Below are positions 8,059-16,392 of a DNA stretch of 41,771 nucleotides, piece after piece; the stretch's first letter is position 1; each line of letters starts with the position of its first letter. The notes under the pieces are model-generated. The model saw nothing but the letters and a program-made list of their open reading frames with translations, had not been told where the DNA came from and made no database searches. Source of the stretch: a virus (taxonomy: Duplodnaviria > Caudoviricetes); the IMG/VR virus record IMGVR_UViG_3300014656_000047, positions 1-41,771 of that record. One strand, written 5' to 3'. Position numbers and translations under genes: made by a program.

Positions 8059-8979
8059 ATGTGTAAGTTTAAAAGCGCAATAGTTTTAAAAAGCAAAATA
8101 GTGTGTCCATTAGACAAAGATAGTCATAGCGAAATCTTGAATGACTTGGGAATAAAAGACGATAATAGTTTCCCTAATTTTGTAAGAATTGAAATGATAC
8201 CAATTGACGGTGATGTTTTTAATCATGATTTGAGTAACTGGAAACTTAATGTAGATCAGGATTTTAGGCCAGAATGGTTTGACCATGAAACAACCGAGAG
8301 ACAATTTAAAGAGTTTAATCTTCCAGAAATATTTGAAAAATGTTTTACAATTAATGACCAATCTTGGAGGGAATACAAAAATACAAAAATTTATGTAAAA
8401 AACTCAAAAGTAAGAATCTTTCATTGTTCAGTTGTAGCTTGGGAAAACAGTTCAGTTGTAGCTTGGGAAAACAGTTCAGTTGTAGCTTGGGGAAACAGTT
8501 CAGTTGTAGCTAAGGAAAACAGTTCAGTTGTAGCTAGGGAAAACAGTTCAGTTGTAGCTTGGGGAAACAGTTCAGTTGTAGCTAGGGAAAACAGTTCAGT
8601 TGTAGCTTGGGGAAACAGTTCAGTTGTAGCTTGGGAAAACAGTTCAGTTGAAGCTTGGGGAAACAGTTCAGTTGTAGCTAGGGAAAACAGTTCAGTTGTA
8701 GCTTGGGGAAACAGTTCAGTTGTAGCTAAGGGAAACAGTTCAGTTGTAGCTAGGGAAAACAGTTCAGTTGTAGCTTGGGAAAACAGTTCAGTTGAAGCTT
8801 GGGGAAACAGTTCAGTTGTAGCTAAGGGAAACAGTTCAGTTGTTATACCATACAGCGCAAGCGTTAAAATAAAAGACGTAAGCGGAAACGCTACCGTTAA
8901 AGATCTATCTGGAATTAAACCCAAAATAATAATTGCAAACGATTTTGAAATAGTTAAATTTGGGAGCGGCAAGTCCTGA
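8059..8979 (+). CDS. Octapeptide-repeat (NSSVVAWE) probable beta-solenoid protein
   Basis: ORF track; about 17 in-frame 8-aa repeats. Confidence 0.8.
   Translation: MCKFKSAIVLKSKIVCPLDKDSHSEILNDLGIKDDNSFPNFVRIEMIPIDGDVFNHDLSNWKLNVDQDFRPEWFDHETTERQFKEFNLPEIFEKCFTINDQSWREYKNTKIYVKNSKVRIFHCSVVAWENSSVVAWENSSVVAWGNSSVVAKENSSVVARENSSVVAWGNSSVVARENSSVVAWGNSSVVAWENSSVEAWGNSSVVARENSSVVAWGNSSVVAKGNSSVVARENSSVVAWENSSVEAWGNSSVVAKGNSSVVIPYSASVKIKDVSGNATVKDLSGIKPKIIIANDFEIVKFGSGKS
8426..8843 (+). repeat. 24-bp coding tandem repeat, about 17 copies
   Basis: Unit AGTTCAGTTGTAGCTTGGGAAAAC with variation limited to three codons. Confidence 0.95.
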
Positions 8980-9030
8980 TATTTGAAATTATTGATAATG
9001 CCTTAATAATGGCATAGGGAGGAAAAACAC

Positions 9031-9351
9031 ATGTTAGGAGCAAGCTATCAACTAGAAAAGGAACTAAAAATCAAACTAGTACAAAGCCAACTAGACACAT
9101 CTAATACATGGCTAACTATCGGGGAATTAAATATCACATTGAATAAAGAGCAGCTAGAGGAATTGACAGAAAAACTTAATGCGGTAACAGCAAATAAATA
9201 TATCTTATCTGTAGCCACAAGAAACACATCAGACTTAAACGAGGAAGAATTGGAAGATTACCGCTACGAATTACGGGATGAACTTAATGAAGTCAGTGAC
9301 ACGATAAACTCAAGGCTATGCAACACATACAACGAACCACAAGCTATATAA
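9031..9351 (+). CDS. Hypothetical protein
   Basis: ORF track; SD GGGAGG. Confidence 0.65.
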   Translation: MLGASYQLEKELKIKLVQSQLDTSNTWLTIGELNITLNKEQLEELTEKLNAVTANKYILSVATRNTSDLNEEELEDYRYELRDELNEVSDTINSRLCNTYNEPQAI

Positions 9352-9376
9352 AAATAAATTTATGGAGGGTTAATTA

Positions 9377-9907
9377 ATGAATGAATTAGCATTAGAACTA
9401 AACACAGAGGAAATTCAAGAAGTTGGTTTCAGCATCAAAGATGATAACTTGGCAGAATGGGCGCTAATAAAAATCAGGGAAGAAAAAAACGATATGGAAA
9501 GGCTTATATCTGTATGTGAGCAGAAAATATCAGACTATGAAGAAAAAATCAGCCAGTTTAAAAAACAGTATGAAAGCCACACAAATTTCTTAAAGTCGCA
9601 GCTTAACCAGTACTTTGAATCTGTACCGCATAAGACAACTAAAACGCAGGAAACTTACAAACTACCATCAGGCACTCTTAAACTAAAATATCAAAAGCCA
9701 GAATTTATCAGAGTTGAAGAAACGTTTTTAAAGTCCCTCAAGGCCCTGGGGTGGGATAGTGATATTAAGACAGTTGAAAAGCCTGATTGGGCGAGTGTAA
9801 AAGAAAAAGTAACAATTTCCGGTGACAAGGTTGTTACCGCTGATGGTGAAATAATCGATGGTGTAACAGTGCAAGAAAGACCTAACATATTCGATATTGA
9901 ATTGTGA
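9377..9907 (+). CDS. Mu Gam-like host-nuclease inhibitor family protein
   Basis: FSIKDDNLAEWALIKI, coiled coil, YKLPSGTLKLK, KPDWASVK; lies upstream of ERF. Confidence 0.7.
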   Translation: MNELALELNTEEIQEVGFSIKDDNLAEWALIKIREEKNDMERLISVCEQKISDYEEKISQFKKQYESHTNFLKSQLNQYFESVPHKTTKTQETYKLPSGTLKLKYQKPEFIRVEETFLKSLKALGWDSDIKTVEKPDWASVKEKVTISGDKVVTADGEIIDGVTVQERPNIFDIEL

Positions 9908-10010
9908 TCTCAACAGAAGAACCCCCAAGAGGATAAAGCTGAGCAACTAATACAACAATGCAATATTTTACTAGCAGAAGATAGGCATATATTAGATAAA
10001 TTAGGAGGGA

Positions 10011-10445
10011 ATGTACATGAGCCAAATACAATGGAAAGAAGTAAGTTGTCAGTATGAAAATATGAATTTGTGTTGGGAATGTGTTAGCCATAAATCAGAT
10101 GTAAAAGGTTATCCCAGGCATAGTAAAAATGGAATTAACACAAAAGTTTGTAGAACAATGTATGAAAACTCATATGGAATGATTCCTATAGGACTTGTTA
10201 TGAGACACAAATGTGATAACCCAAAATGTATAAATCCTGAACATTTAGAACCAGGTACGAGTAAAGAAAATGCTCACGATAGAGATATTAGAGGTCGTTC
10301 TAAACGAACCAACTTAAACGCGGAATTAATTTTAGCAATTAGAAATGACAGAAGACCATATAAGCATATTACCCAAGATTATAAAATTGCAGCTAGTACG
10401 ATTAGTAACATAAAATCAAAATTTAGATGGGGGTGGGTTGTTTGA
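10011..10445 (+). CDS. HNH homing endonuclease
   Basis: CWE...GYP...VMRHKCDNPKCINPEHLEPGTSKENAHD; sits between the gam-like and erf genes. Confidence 0.85.
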   Translation: MYMSQIQWKEVSCQYENMNLCWECVSHKSDVKGYPRHSKNGINTKVCRTMYENSYGMIPIGLVMRHKCDNPKCINPEHLEPGTSKENAHDRDIRGRSKRTNLNAELILAIRNDRRPYKHITQDYKIAASTISNIKSKFRWGWVV

Positions 10446-11038
10446 ATATATTCGAAAAGCTGATGAAAATACAAAGTGAATTAAAGGCACCAAAAAATCA
10501 ATATAACTCTTTTGGAAAATATAATTACCGCAGTTGTGAAGATATTTTAGAAGGTCTTAAACCGCATTTATTAGAAGTCAAAGCAGCTGTTATCGTAACT
10601 GATGAAATAGTTTTAATAGGTGATCGGTACTATGTAAAAGCAACCGCAGACATTATGGACACAGAAAAGCCAGAAGATATGCTTTCAGCTAGTGCATATG
10701 CCAGAGAAGATGAAACAAAAAAAGGAATGGATTTAGCACAAGTAACAGGTAGTGTGTCCTCGTATGCGAGAAAGTACGCTTTAAACGGTCTATTCTGTAT
10801 TGATGATACAAAAGACAGTGACGGAATAGATAAGCACGGGAACGAAGAAAAAGAGCCTAAGAAATGGGTAATGTCACAGACACAGCAAAACAAAATTACC
10901 GTACTAGCACAAAAAAAAGACGTATCACTTAAAGTAAAAGGTCAGGACTGGACTAGCAAAAAGTCTAGCGTAGAATGGGTAGAAGCTGACTATATGAAAG
11001 TATTAGCGGAGTTGATGAAGCTAGAAGATAAGAAGTAG
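10442..11038 (+). CDS. ERF-family single-strand annealing protein
   Basis: IQSELKAPKNQYNSFGKYNYRSCEDILE and GSVSSYARKYALNGLFCIDD..D.D motifs; TTG start overlaps the HNH stop. Confidence 0.9.
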   Translation: MNIFEKLMKIQSELKAPKNQYNSFGKYNYRSCEDILEGLKPHLLEVKAAVIVTDEIVLIGDRYYVKATADIMDTEKPEDMLSASAYAREDETKKGMDLAQVTGSVSSYARKYALNGLFCIDDTKDSDGIDKHGNEEKEPKKWVMSQTQQNKITVLAQKKDVSLKVKGQDWTSKKSSVEWVEADYMKVLAELMKLEDKK

Positions 11039-11049
11039 GAGGGAATAGT

Positions 11050-11406
11050 ATGAAAAGAATAGTAGACGAATATGGAAATGTAATTATACAAATGGAAGAA
11101 TTAAAAAAGATGCCTTTAACAGACGGTAGGTTTGTGTTTTATGCAAAAGATGTAAATTATAATACCGTACATAAACTTGTTGTTATGGATGGTAGAAAGC
11201 CACATTATATTATAAACGAAACTGACCCTATGGTTGTATGTGTAGAACAAGGGAATTATGCTGTTGTGCCCGGAATACTAAGCATTGTTGAATGTCCTAA
11301 ATGTAAGTCTTATGAAATTTTATTTCCAACAAAGGCCTATAAAAAATTCACATGTGATACGTGCGCTCATGATTTTGTATTGGAGAGTACGCCACCAAAT
11401 AGTTAG
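11050..11406 (+). CDS. Hypothetical protein with C-terminal zinc ribbon
   Basis: CPKC...CDTC. Confidence 0.6.
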   Translation: MKRIVDEYGNVIIQMEELKKMPLTDGRFVFYAKDVNYNTVHKLVVMDGRKPHYIINETDPMVVCVEQGNYAVVPGILSIVECPKCKSYEILFPTKAYKKFTCDTCAHDFVLESTPPNS

Positions 11407-11652
11407 AGGACAAGAAGTAGGAGGGGGTAACATGACACGCAAAAGATTTATAAAATTATGCATGGCTAGAGTAAGTAAAAACACAGCAATAACTTTAGCT
11501 GATATAGCTAGAAAATTCGACAGCTACAAACACGCTTATCAATATATATCAGTTGTAGGTGAAAGAATGTTTTGTGTATCGTTTAAAAACAGTGTAGCTA
11601 GAGGATAAGAAGTAACACGGTATAAGGATAAAATGCGAAATAGAGGGGTGGT

Positions 11653-12612
11653 GTGTTTTTGTTATCGGAGTATGTTATAAACGATAATAGTCAAATTGTA
11701 GAGAGGTATAAACCTGATGTGTCGATTGCTTTGTTAAGAGAATTTGAACCAATGGCAATAGCACTTCATCCAGATGGTTATTATCTTACTTATTCGGGTG
11801 GGAAAGACAGCGATACTGATTTAGATATAGCACAAGAAGCAGGTGTTAAGTTCTCGGTACATTACAATATTACGACTGTCGATGCTGCACAATGTTTAAT
11901 TCATATAAAGCAAACAAGGGAGAGGTTATCTAAGAAAGGTATTCAACTTTACTTGGAGCCGCCGGGTAAGTTTAGAGACGGAACACAAAAAACAATGTGG
12001 TCTTTGATTGAAAGAAAAGGAATGCCACCAACAAGGATATGTCGTTATTGTTGTGACCATCTAAAAGAGCGTGGAGGTAAAGGGAGATTAGCAATAACAG
12101 GAGTAAGGTGGGCGGAAAGCACAGCAAGAAAAAGCCGCAAACCATTAGAAATAGTTACTTCTCAAAAGAAAGACAGAAAACTCTTTAATGACAATGATAA
12201 AGATAGACGATTATTTGAAAATTGCATGCAGAAAGGAAAAAGAGTTGTTAATCCCATAATTAACTGGCTCGATGAAGATGTTTGGCAGTACCTTGTTGAT
12301 AGAAAAATTCCATATTGTAGCTTATATGATTTGGGTGAAAAAAGAATAGGGTGCATAGGGTGCCCAATGGGTGGAACTAAAGGACAGGAAGAAGATTTTG
12401 AAAAGTATCCTCACTATAAAAAACTTTATATAAAGGCATTTGACAAAATGTTAATAAGAATGGATTCAAGGGGTATAAAGCACAATTGGAAAACCGGAAA
12501 TGATGTATTTGAATGGTGGTTATATTCAACAGATTCTGAACAAAAAAAGATTTTAGAAGGACAAATATCTATGTATTACAACGAGGATGAAGAATTATGG
12601 GAAATTGAGTAG
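11653..12612 (+). CDS. PAPS-reductase-family (PP-loop) protein
   Basis: YSGGKDS, RYCCDHLKE, GVRWAES, RIGCIGCP. Confidence 0.85.
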   Translation: MFLLSEYVINDNSQIVERYKPDVSIALLREFEPMAIALHPDGYYLTYSGGKDSDTDLDIAQEAGVKFSVHYNITTVDAAQCLIHIKQTRERLSKKGIQLYLEPPGKFRDGTQKTMWSLIERKGMPPTRICRYCCDHLKERGGKGRLAITGVRWAESTARKSRKPLEIVTSQKKDRKLFNDNDKDRRLFENCMQKGKRVVNPIINWLDEDVWQYLVDRKIPYCSLYDLGEKRIGCIGCPMGGTKGQEEDFEKYPHYKKLYIKAFDKMLIRMDSRGIKHNWKTGNDVFEWWLYSTDSEQKKILEGQISMYYNEDEELWEIE

Positions 12613-12826
12613 TTCGTATTATAAAGAAAATACGGAGGTAAACATGAACATAAACGAAATCAGCTTCACAGAAATAGCAGCCTATGCCTTATTCCTTTTA
12701 GTTGCAATACTAGGACTTATAATCGTAGGCTCATACATCACATACTGTGCTACTAAGCAGCGGATGAAAGCAAAGGCTAAGCCGGTAGTAAAACATATTA
12801 ATATTAAAGTATAGGAGGAAAAAAGA

Positions 12827-13840
12827 ATGAAAGGTTATAAAGTTTTTAATTCAGATTGGACGTGTCGGGGTTTTAAATTTGAAGTAGGTAAGGTTTTTGA
12901 AACTGAATTACCGACAAGAATATGCGACAATGGATTCCATTATTGTACTAAAGCTAGTGATTGCTTTAATTATTATGGTTTTGATAGTAAAAACAAAGTT
13001 GCAGAGATTGAAGCTATTGGAGTAATAGACAGCAAAGAATGCGAAGATACAAAGCATTGCACTAGTAAAATTCATATTATAAGAGAAATAACATGGCAGG
13101 AACTTCTTACAATTGTGAATGAAGGTAAAGACAATACTGGACTTTGTAACACAGGGGACTGGAACACAGGGGACCGTAACACAGGGAACGGTAACACAGG
13201 GAACCTTAACACAGGGAACTGTAACACAGGGAACTGGAACACAGGGGACCGGAACACAGGGAACTGGAACACAGGGGACTGGAACACAGGGAACGGTAAC
13301 ACAGGGGACTGTAACACAGGGAACTGTAACACAGGGAACTGTAACACAGAGAACTGGAACACAGGGGACTGGAACACAGGGGACCGTAACACAGGGAACG
13401 GTAACACAGGGAACCTTAACACAGGGAACGGTAACACAGGGGACCGGAACACAGGGAACCGTAACACAGGGGACCGGAACACAGGGGACTGGAACACAGT
13501 AAATTATTCTTCTGGCGTATTTTGCACAGAGCCACAAAAAGCAATTATTTTTGATAAGCCATCAAATTTAAGCTTACAAAATTGGTGGAATTCTGATGCT
13601 AGATATTTACTTAACCGAATTCAAACAATATCTTGGGTATACACCAAAAACATGACAGATCAAGAAAAAACACTCCATCCAGAGCATGAAATTACAGGCG
13701 GATTCCTTAAAGTTATACATATTGTAGAAGCTGCTGAAAAGTGGTGGAGTAAATTGTCTAATTGTGATAAAGACACAGTAAAATCTATTCCCAATTTTGA
13801 TTCAGATAAGTTTTATAAAATTACAGGTATTAAAGTATAA
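12827..13840 (+). CDS. Pentapeptide-repeat (NTG[D/N]x) phage protein
   Basis: Conserved N-terminus MKGYKVF..DWTCRGF..GFHYC followed by about 23 NTGxx repeats. Confidence 0.85.
   Translation: MKGYKVFNSDWTCRGFKFEVGKVFETELPTRICDNGFHYCTKASDCFNYYGFDSKNKVAEIEAIGVIDSKECEDTKHCTSKIHIIREITWQELLTIVNEGKDNTGLCNTGDWNTGDRNTGNGNTGNLNTGNCNTGNWNTGDRNTGNWNTGDWNTGNGNTGDCNTGNCNTGNCNTENWNTGDWNTGDRNTGNGNTGNLNTGNGNTGDRNTGNRNTGDRNTGDWNTVNYSSGVFCTEPQKAIIFDKPSNLSLQNWWNSDARYLLNRIQTISWVYTKNMTDQEKTLHPEHEITGGFLKVIHIVEAAEKWWSKLSNCDKDTVKSIPNFDSDKFYKITGIKV
13148..13498 (+). repeat. 15-bp coding tandem repeat, about 23 copies
   Basis: Unit AACACAGGG(G/A)AC-NNN. Confidence 0.95.
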
Positions 13841-13942
13841 AGGGTGATACACCGCATACCACCCCAAGCCACTACAGTATTATTATACTTTATTATTATA
13901 CACTATTTTACCAAGGATTATACATAAAAGTGAGGTGAGACA

Positions 13943-14605
13943 ATGATTCAACCAGTAGGGTACTTTAAGTTATGGCGTGAATTGATTATAAAACCTATAT
14001 GGCTTAACAGTATGCCAGAACAAAAAGCAATTCTTATTACTTTACTGGCAATGGCAAACTTCAACGATAAGGAATGGGAATGGAAGGGTGAAAAATTTAA
14101 AGCTGAAAAGGGTCAATTTGTTACAAGTTTAGAATCAATAGCAAAAAATAGTGGTAAGGGTGTTTCAATTCGTAATGTTAGAACAGCTTTAGAAAGATTT
14201 GAAAAACTTGAATTTTTGACAAATGAATCGACAAAGACGGGAAGGCTTATAACCATAGTAAATTGGCTACTTTACCAACAAGACGAAAAGGAAAACGACA
14301 AACCACCTGACAAAGACCTGACAAAGACCCGACAAAGACCTGACAAAGACCTGACAACTAGAGAAGAAAGAAAGAAAGATAAGAAAGATAAAGAAGATAT
14401 ATTTATAACAGTTCAACATCTTTCCATAACAGAATCGGAATACAAAAAACTAGAATTGGAATACACGAAAGAATTGCTTGATAACAAAATAGAGTATGCC
14501 TTGAATTATGCAAGGTTAAAAAATTATAAGTCATTATATCTAACGTTAAATAATTGGTTAAAAGCTGATAAGAAAAAAGCTACTGATGATTGGAAGAATT
14601 TTTAA
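13943..14605 (+). CDS. Phage replication initiator (replisome organiser)
   Basis: GYFKLWR..., GQFVTSL, SIRNVRTAL, ITIVNW..YQ; internal iterons. Confidence 0.85.
   Translation: MIQPVGYFKLWRELIIKPIWLNSMPEQKAILITLLAMANFNDKEWEWKGEKFKAEKGQFVTSLESIAKNSGKGVSIRNVRTALERFEKLEFLTNESTKTGRLITIVNWLLYQQDEKENDKPPDKDLTKTRQRPDKDLTTREERKKDKKDKEDIFITVQHLSITESEYKKLELEYTKELLDNKIEYALNYARLKNYKSLYLTLNNWLKADKKKATDDWKNF
14295..14360 (+). repeat. Iterons / probable replication origin
   Basis: Five tandem 11-bp CCTGACAAAGA-like copies (14306-14360) plus one degenerate copy upstream, inside the initiator gene and followed by a purine/AT-rich tract. Confidence 0.75.
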
Positions 14606-14614
14606 GGAGGTATC

Positions 14615-15169
14615 ATGAATAAACAACAATCAATGGGATTTTTGAGAACTATATCAAACATCTTTGTTGATATAGAAAAGAAAATGAATATTGAAGAAAC
14701 CAGAGAGCAATATTTAAAAGTATTAGTGAATTATGAGGAATTAATAGCACAAAAAGCAATAGACAATCTAATAATGACAACTAAGTATTTGCCCTCAATA
14801 CCGGAATTAATCGAAATGCTTAGAAATGTTGAAAAGCTGCAGAGGGTTACAAGAGTAGAAAATAATTTATGCCTTGTATGTTTAGGTGAAGGATTTATAT
14901 TACATAACAGTTATCCTCTTTACTGTACAGAGTGTGAAAAAGGAAAAGAATACATGTACAACAGTCAAGAAAACGGAACGGATAAAGCTGGGAAACCTTC
15001 AAACAACCCTAAGAGTGGCTACTATATAGAACCAGTAACTAAGTACTATAACATACAAGAATTAAAGGGCAAAAACGCATACAGGAACGAAAGACGAGTA
15101 GTGCCGATGCCTGATAATGTAAGAAAATTATTAAAGGAATGTACAAGGAAGATGGGGGCGAGTGTGTGA
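14615..15169 (+). CDS. Putative helicase loader/inhibitor-like protein with zinc-binding motif
   Basis: Directly after the initiator; KYLPSIPEL motif; CLVC...CTEC. Confidence 0.55.
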   Translation: MNKQQSMGFLRTISNIFVDIEKKMNIEETREQYLKVLVNYEELIAQKAIDNLIMTTKYLPSIPELIEMLRNVEKLQRVTRVENNLCLVCLGEGFILHNSYPLYCTECEKGKEYMYNSQENGTDKAGKPSNNPKSGYYIEPVTKYYNIQELKGKNAYRNERRVVPMPDNVRKLLKECTRKMGASV

Positions 15170-15987
15170 GATTTTTAGACTTCTTCTCTGGTATTGGTGG
15201 CTTTCGATTGGGAATGGAAATGGCAGGACACGAATGTGTAGGACATTGTGAAATAGATAAATACGCAGATAAAAGCTACAGAGCAATGCACAATGTAAAG
15301 GAGGACGAATGGTATGCAAATGACATTACAGGAGTTGAACCCGGAGATTTACCCGAAACAGACTGTTACTGTGGAGGATTTCCTTGCCAACCTTTCTCCA
15401 TTGTTGGAAAGCGTGGAGGTTTCGAAGATACACGAGGCACTTTATTCTTTGAAGTCATGCGGTTGGTGGCAGTACGAAAACCTAAATATCTTTTCTTGGA
15501 AAATGTCGCAGGACTTCTTTCCCATGATGGAGGAAAAACTTTCGGAACTATCCTCGACACTTTGGGGGAATTGGGGTACTGGTACGAATACCAGGTGCTT
15601 AACAGCAAAAATTTCGGAGTCCCACAAAACAGAGAAAGGGTGTTCATTATCGGACATCTTGGAGAGTACGACGGAAAGCAAGCGTTTCCTATCCTTAGAA
15701 CAAGTCAAAAAAATGGTGAAGAGATTAAAAAGAAGAGGGAAAAAATTAGATATTCTCAATGTCTCACAACAAGAGGAGCAAAATCAAGGCTTGGAGCAGA
15801 TTATACTTGGATTATTCAAGATGGAAAATTAAGAGAAATGTCACCCAAAGAATGGTTTAGATTACAAGGGTTTACTGATGAATACTTCGAAAAGGCAAGG
15901 CAAGTAAATTCAGATTTACAGCTTTACAAACAAGCCGGGAATTCAGTTACCGTAAATGTAATACATGAGATAGCACAAAGACTTTAA
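15166..15987 (+). CDS. dcm: DNA (cytosine-5)-methyltransferase
   Basis: Motifs I FSGIGG, IV GGFPCQ, VI ENV, VIII PQNRERV, IX RLQGF, X QAGNSV; GTGA overlap start. Confidence 0.95.
   Translation: MRFLDFFSGIGGFRLGMEMAGHECVGHCEIDKYADKSYRAMHNVKEDEWYANDITGVEPGDLPETDCYCGGFPCQPFSIVGKRGGFEDTRGTLFFEVMRLVAVRKPKYLFLENVAGLLSHDGGKTFGTILDTLGELGYWYEYQVLNSKNFGVPQNRERVFIIGHLGEYDGKQAFPILRTSQKNGEEIKKKREKIRYSQCLTTRGAKSRLGADYTWIIQDGKLREMSPKEWFRLQGFTDEYFEKARQVNSDLQLYKQAGNSVTVNVIHEIAQRL
15314..15832 (+). CDS. Nested out-of-frame ORF inside dcm; putative second methyltransferase polypeptide
   Basis: 172 open codons; strong SD AAGGAGG 9 nt before ATG15314; CSLSDILE...KRFLS segment. Confidence 0.65.
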   Translation: MQMTLQELNPEIYPKQTVTVEDFLANLSPLLESVEVSKIHEALYSLKSCGWWQYENLNIFSWKMSQDFFPMMEEKLSELSSTLWGNWGTGTNTRCLTAKISESHKTEKGCSLSDILESTTESKRFLSLEQVKKMVKRLKRRGKKLDILNVSQQEEQNQGLEQIILGLFKMEN

Positions 15988-15998
15988 GGGGGGTACAT

Positions 15999-16139
15999 AT
16001 GAAACCTAAAGCACTAGAAGATAAATACATAAAAGCAATACTAGCTATATGGAATACTGGCTTATTTACAAAGACAGAGTTAGGCAAAATGTTTTATGTA
16101 GATAGAACAACGGTAGCAAACTATATAAGAAAGGCGTGA
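15999..16139 (+). CDS. Small HTH protein (46 aa, not in ORF track)
   Basis: SD GGGGGG; TKTELGKMFYVDRTTVANYI. Confidence 0.5.
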   Translation: MKPKALEDKYIKAILAIWNTGLFTKTELGKMFYVDRTTVANYIRKA

Positions 16140-16143
16140 GGTT

Positions 16144-16389
16144 ATGAAAAAATGTCCAGTATGTAATGGAATAGTACCAAGAGGGCATGGAAGAAAACCT
16201 AATCAGATATATTGCAGTAAAGCATGTTTCCATAATAGAAATTTAAAACTTGATAAAACAGAAGTGTTGGAACTGCTAAATAAAACTAACAACGTAGTTG
16301 CAACAGCAGAGTTATTAGGGAGTTACAAAGAAAGATTGCATAATTTTATTAAGCGTGAAGGAATAAAAAGACAAGTGATATGGGGGTAA
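16144..16389 (+). CDS. Small zinc-finger/HTH protein
   Basis: CPVC...YCSKAC and NVVATAELLG. Confidence 0.6.
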   Translation: MKKCPVCNGIVPRGHGRKPNQIYCSKACFHNRNLKLDKTEVLELLNKTNNVVATAELLGSYKERLHNFIKREGIKRQVIWG

Positions 16390-16392
16390 CAC

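Noticed and set aside
8426-8843. CRISPR array or DGR variable region
   Set aside because: Units are contiguous with no unique spacers and lie in frame in a CDS; no cas gene, reverse transcriptase or separate template repeat is in the window, even though the variable positions involve adenines.
11653-12612. cysH sulfate-assimilation gene or complete Dnd system
   Set aside because: No other cys or dnd genes in the window; stand-alone PAPS-reductase-family genes are common in phage early regions.
12908-13537. Long alternative-frame ORFs (12908-, 13072-, 13119+) and 8421- over the tandem repeats
   Set aside because: Stop-free only because the repeat unit lacks stops in those frames; no SD or domain signal.
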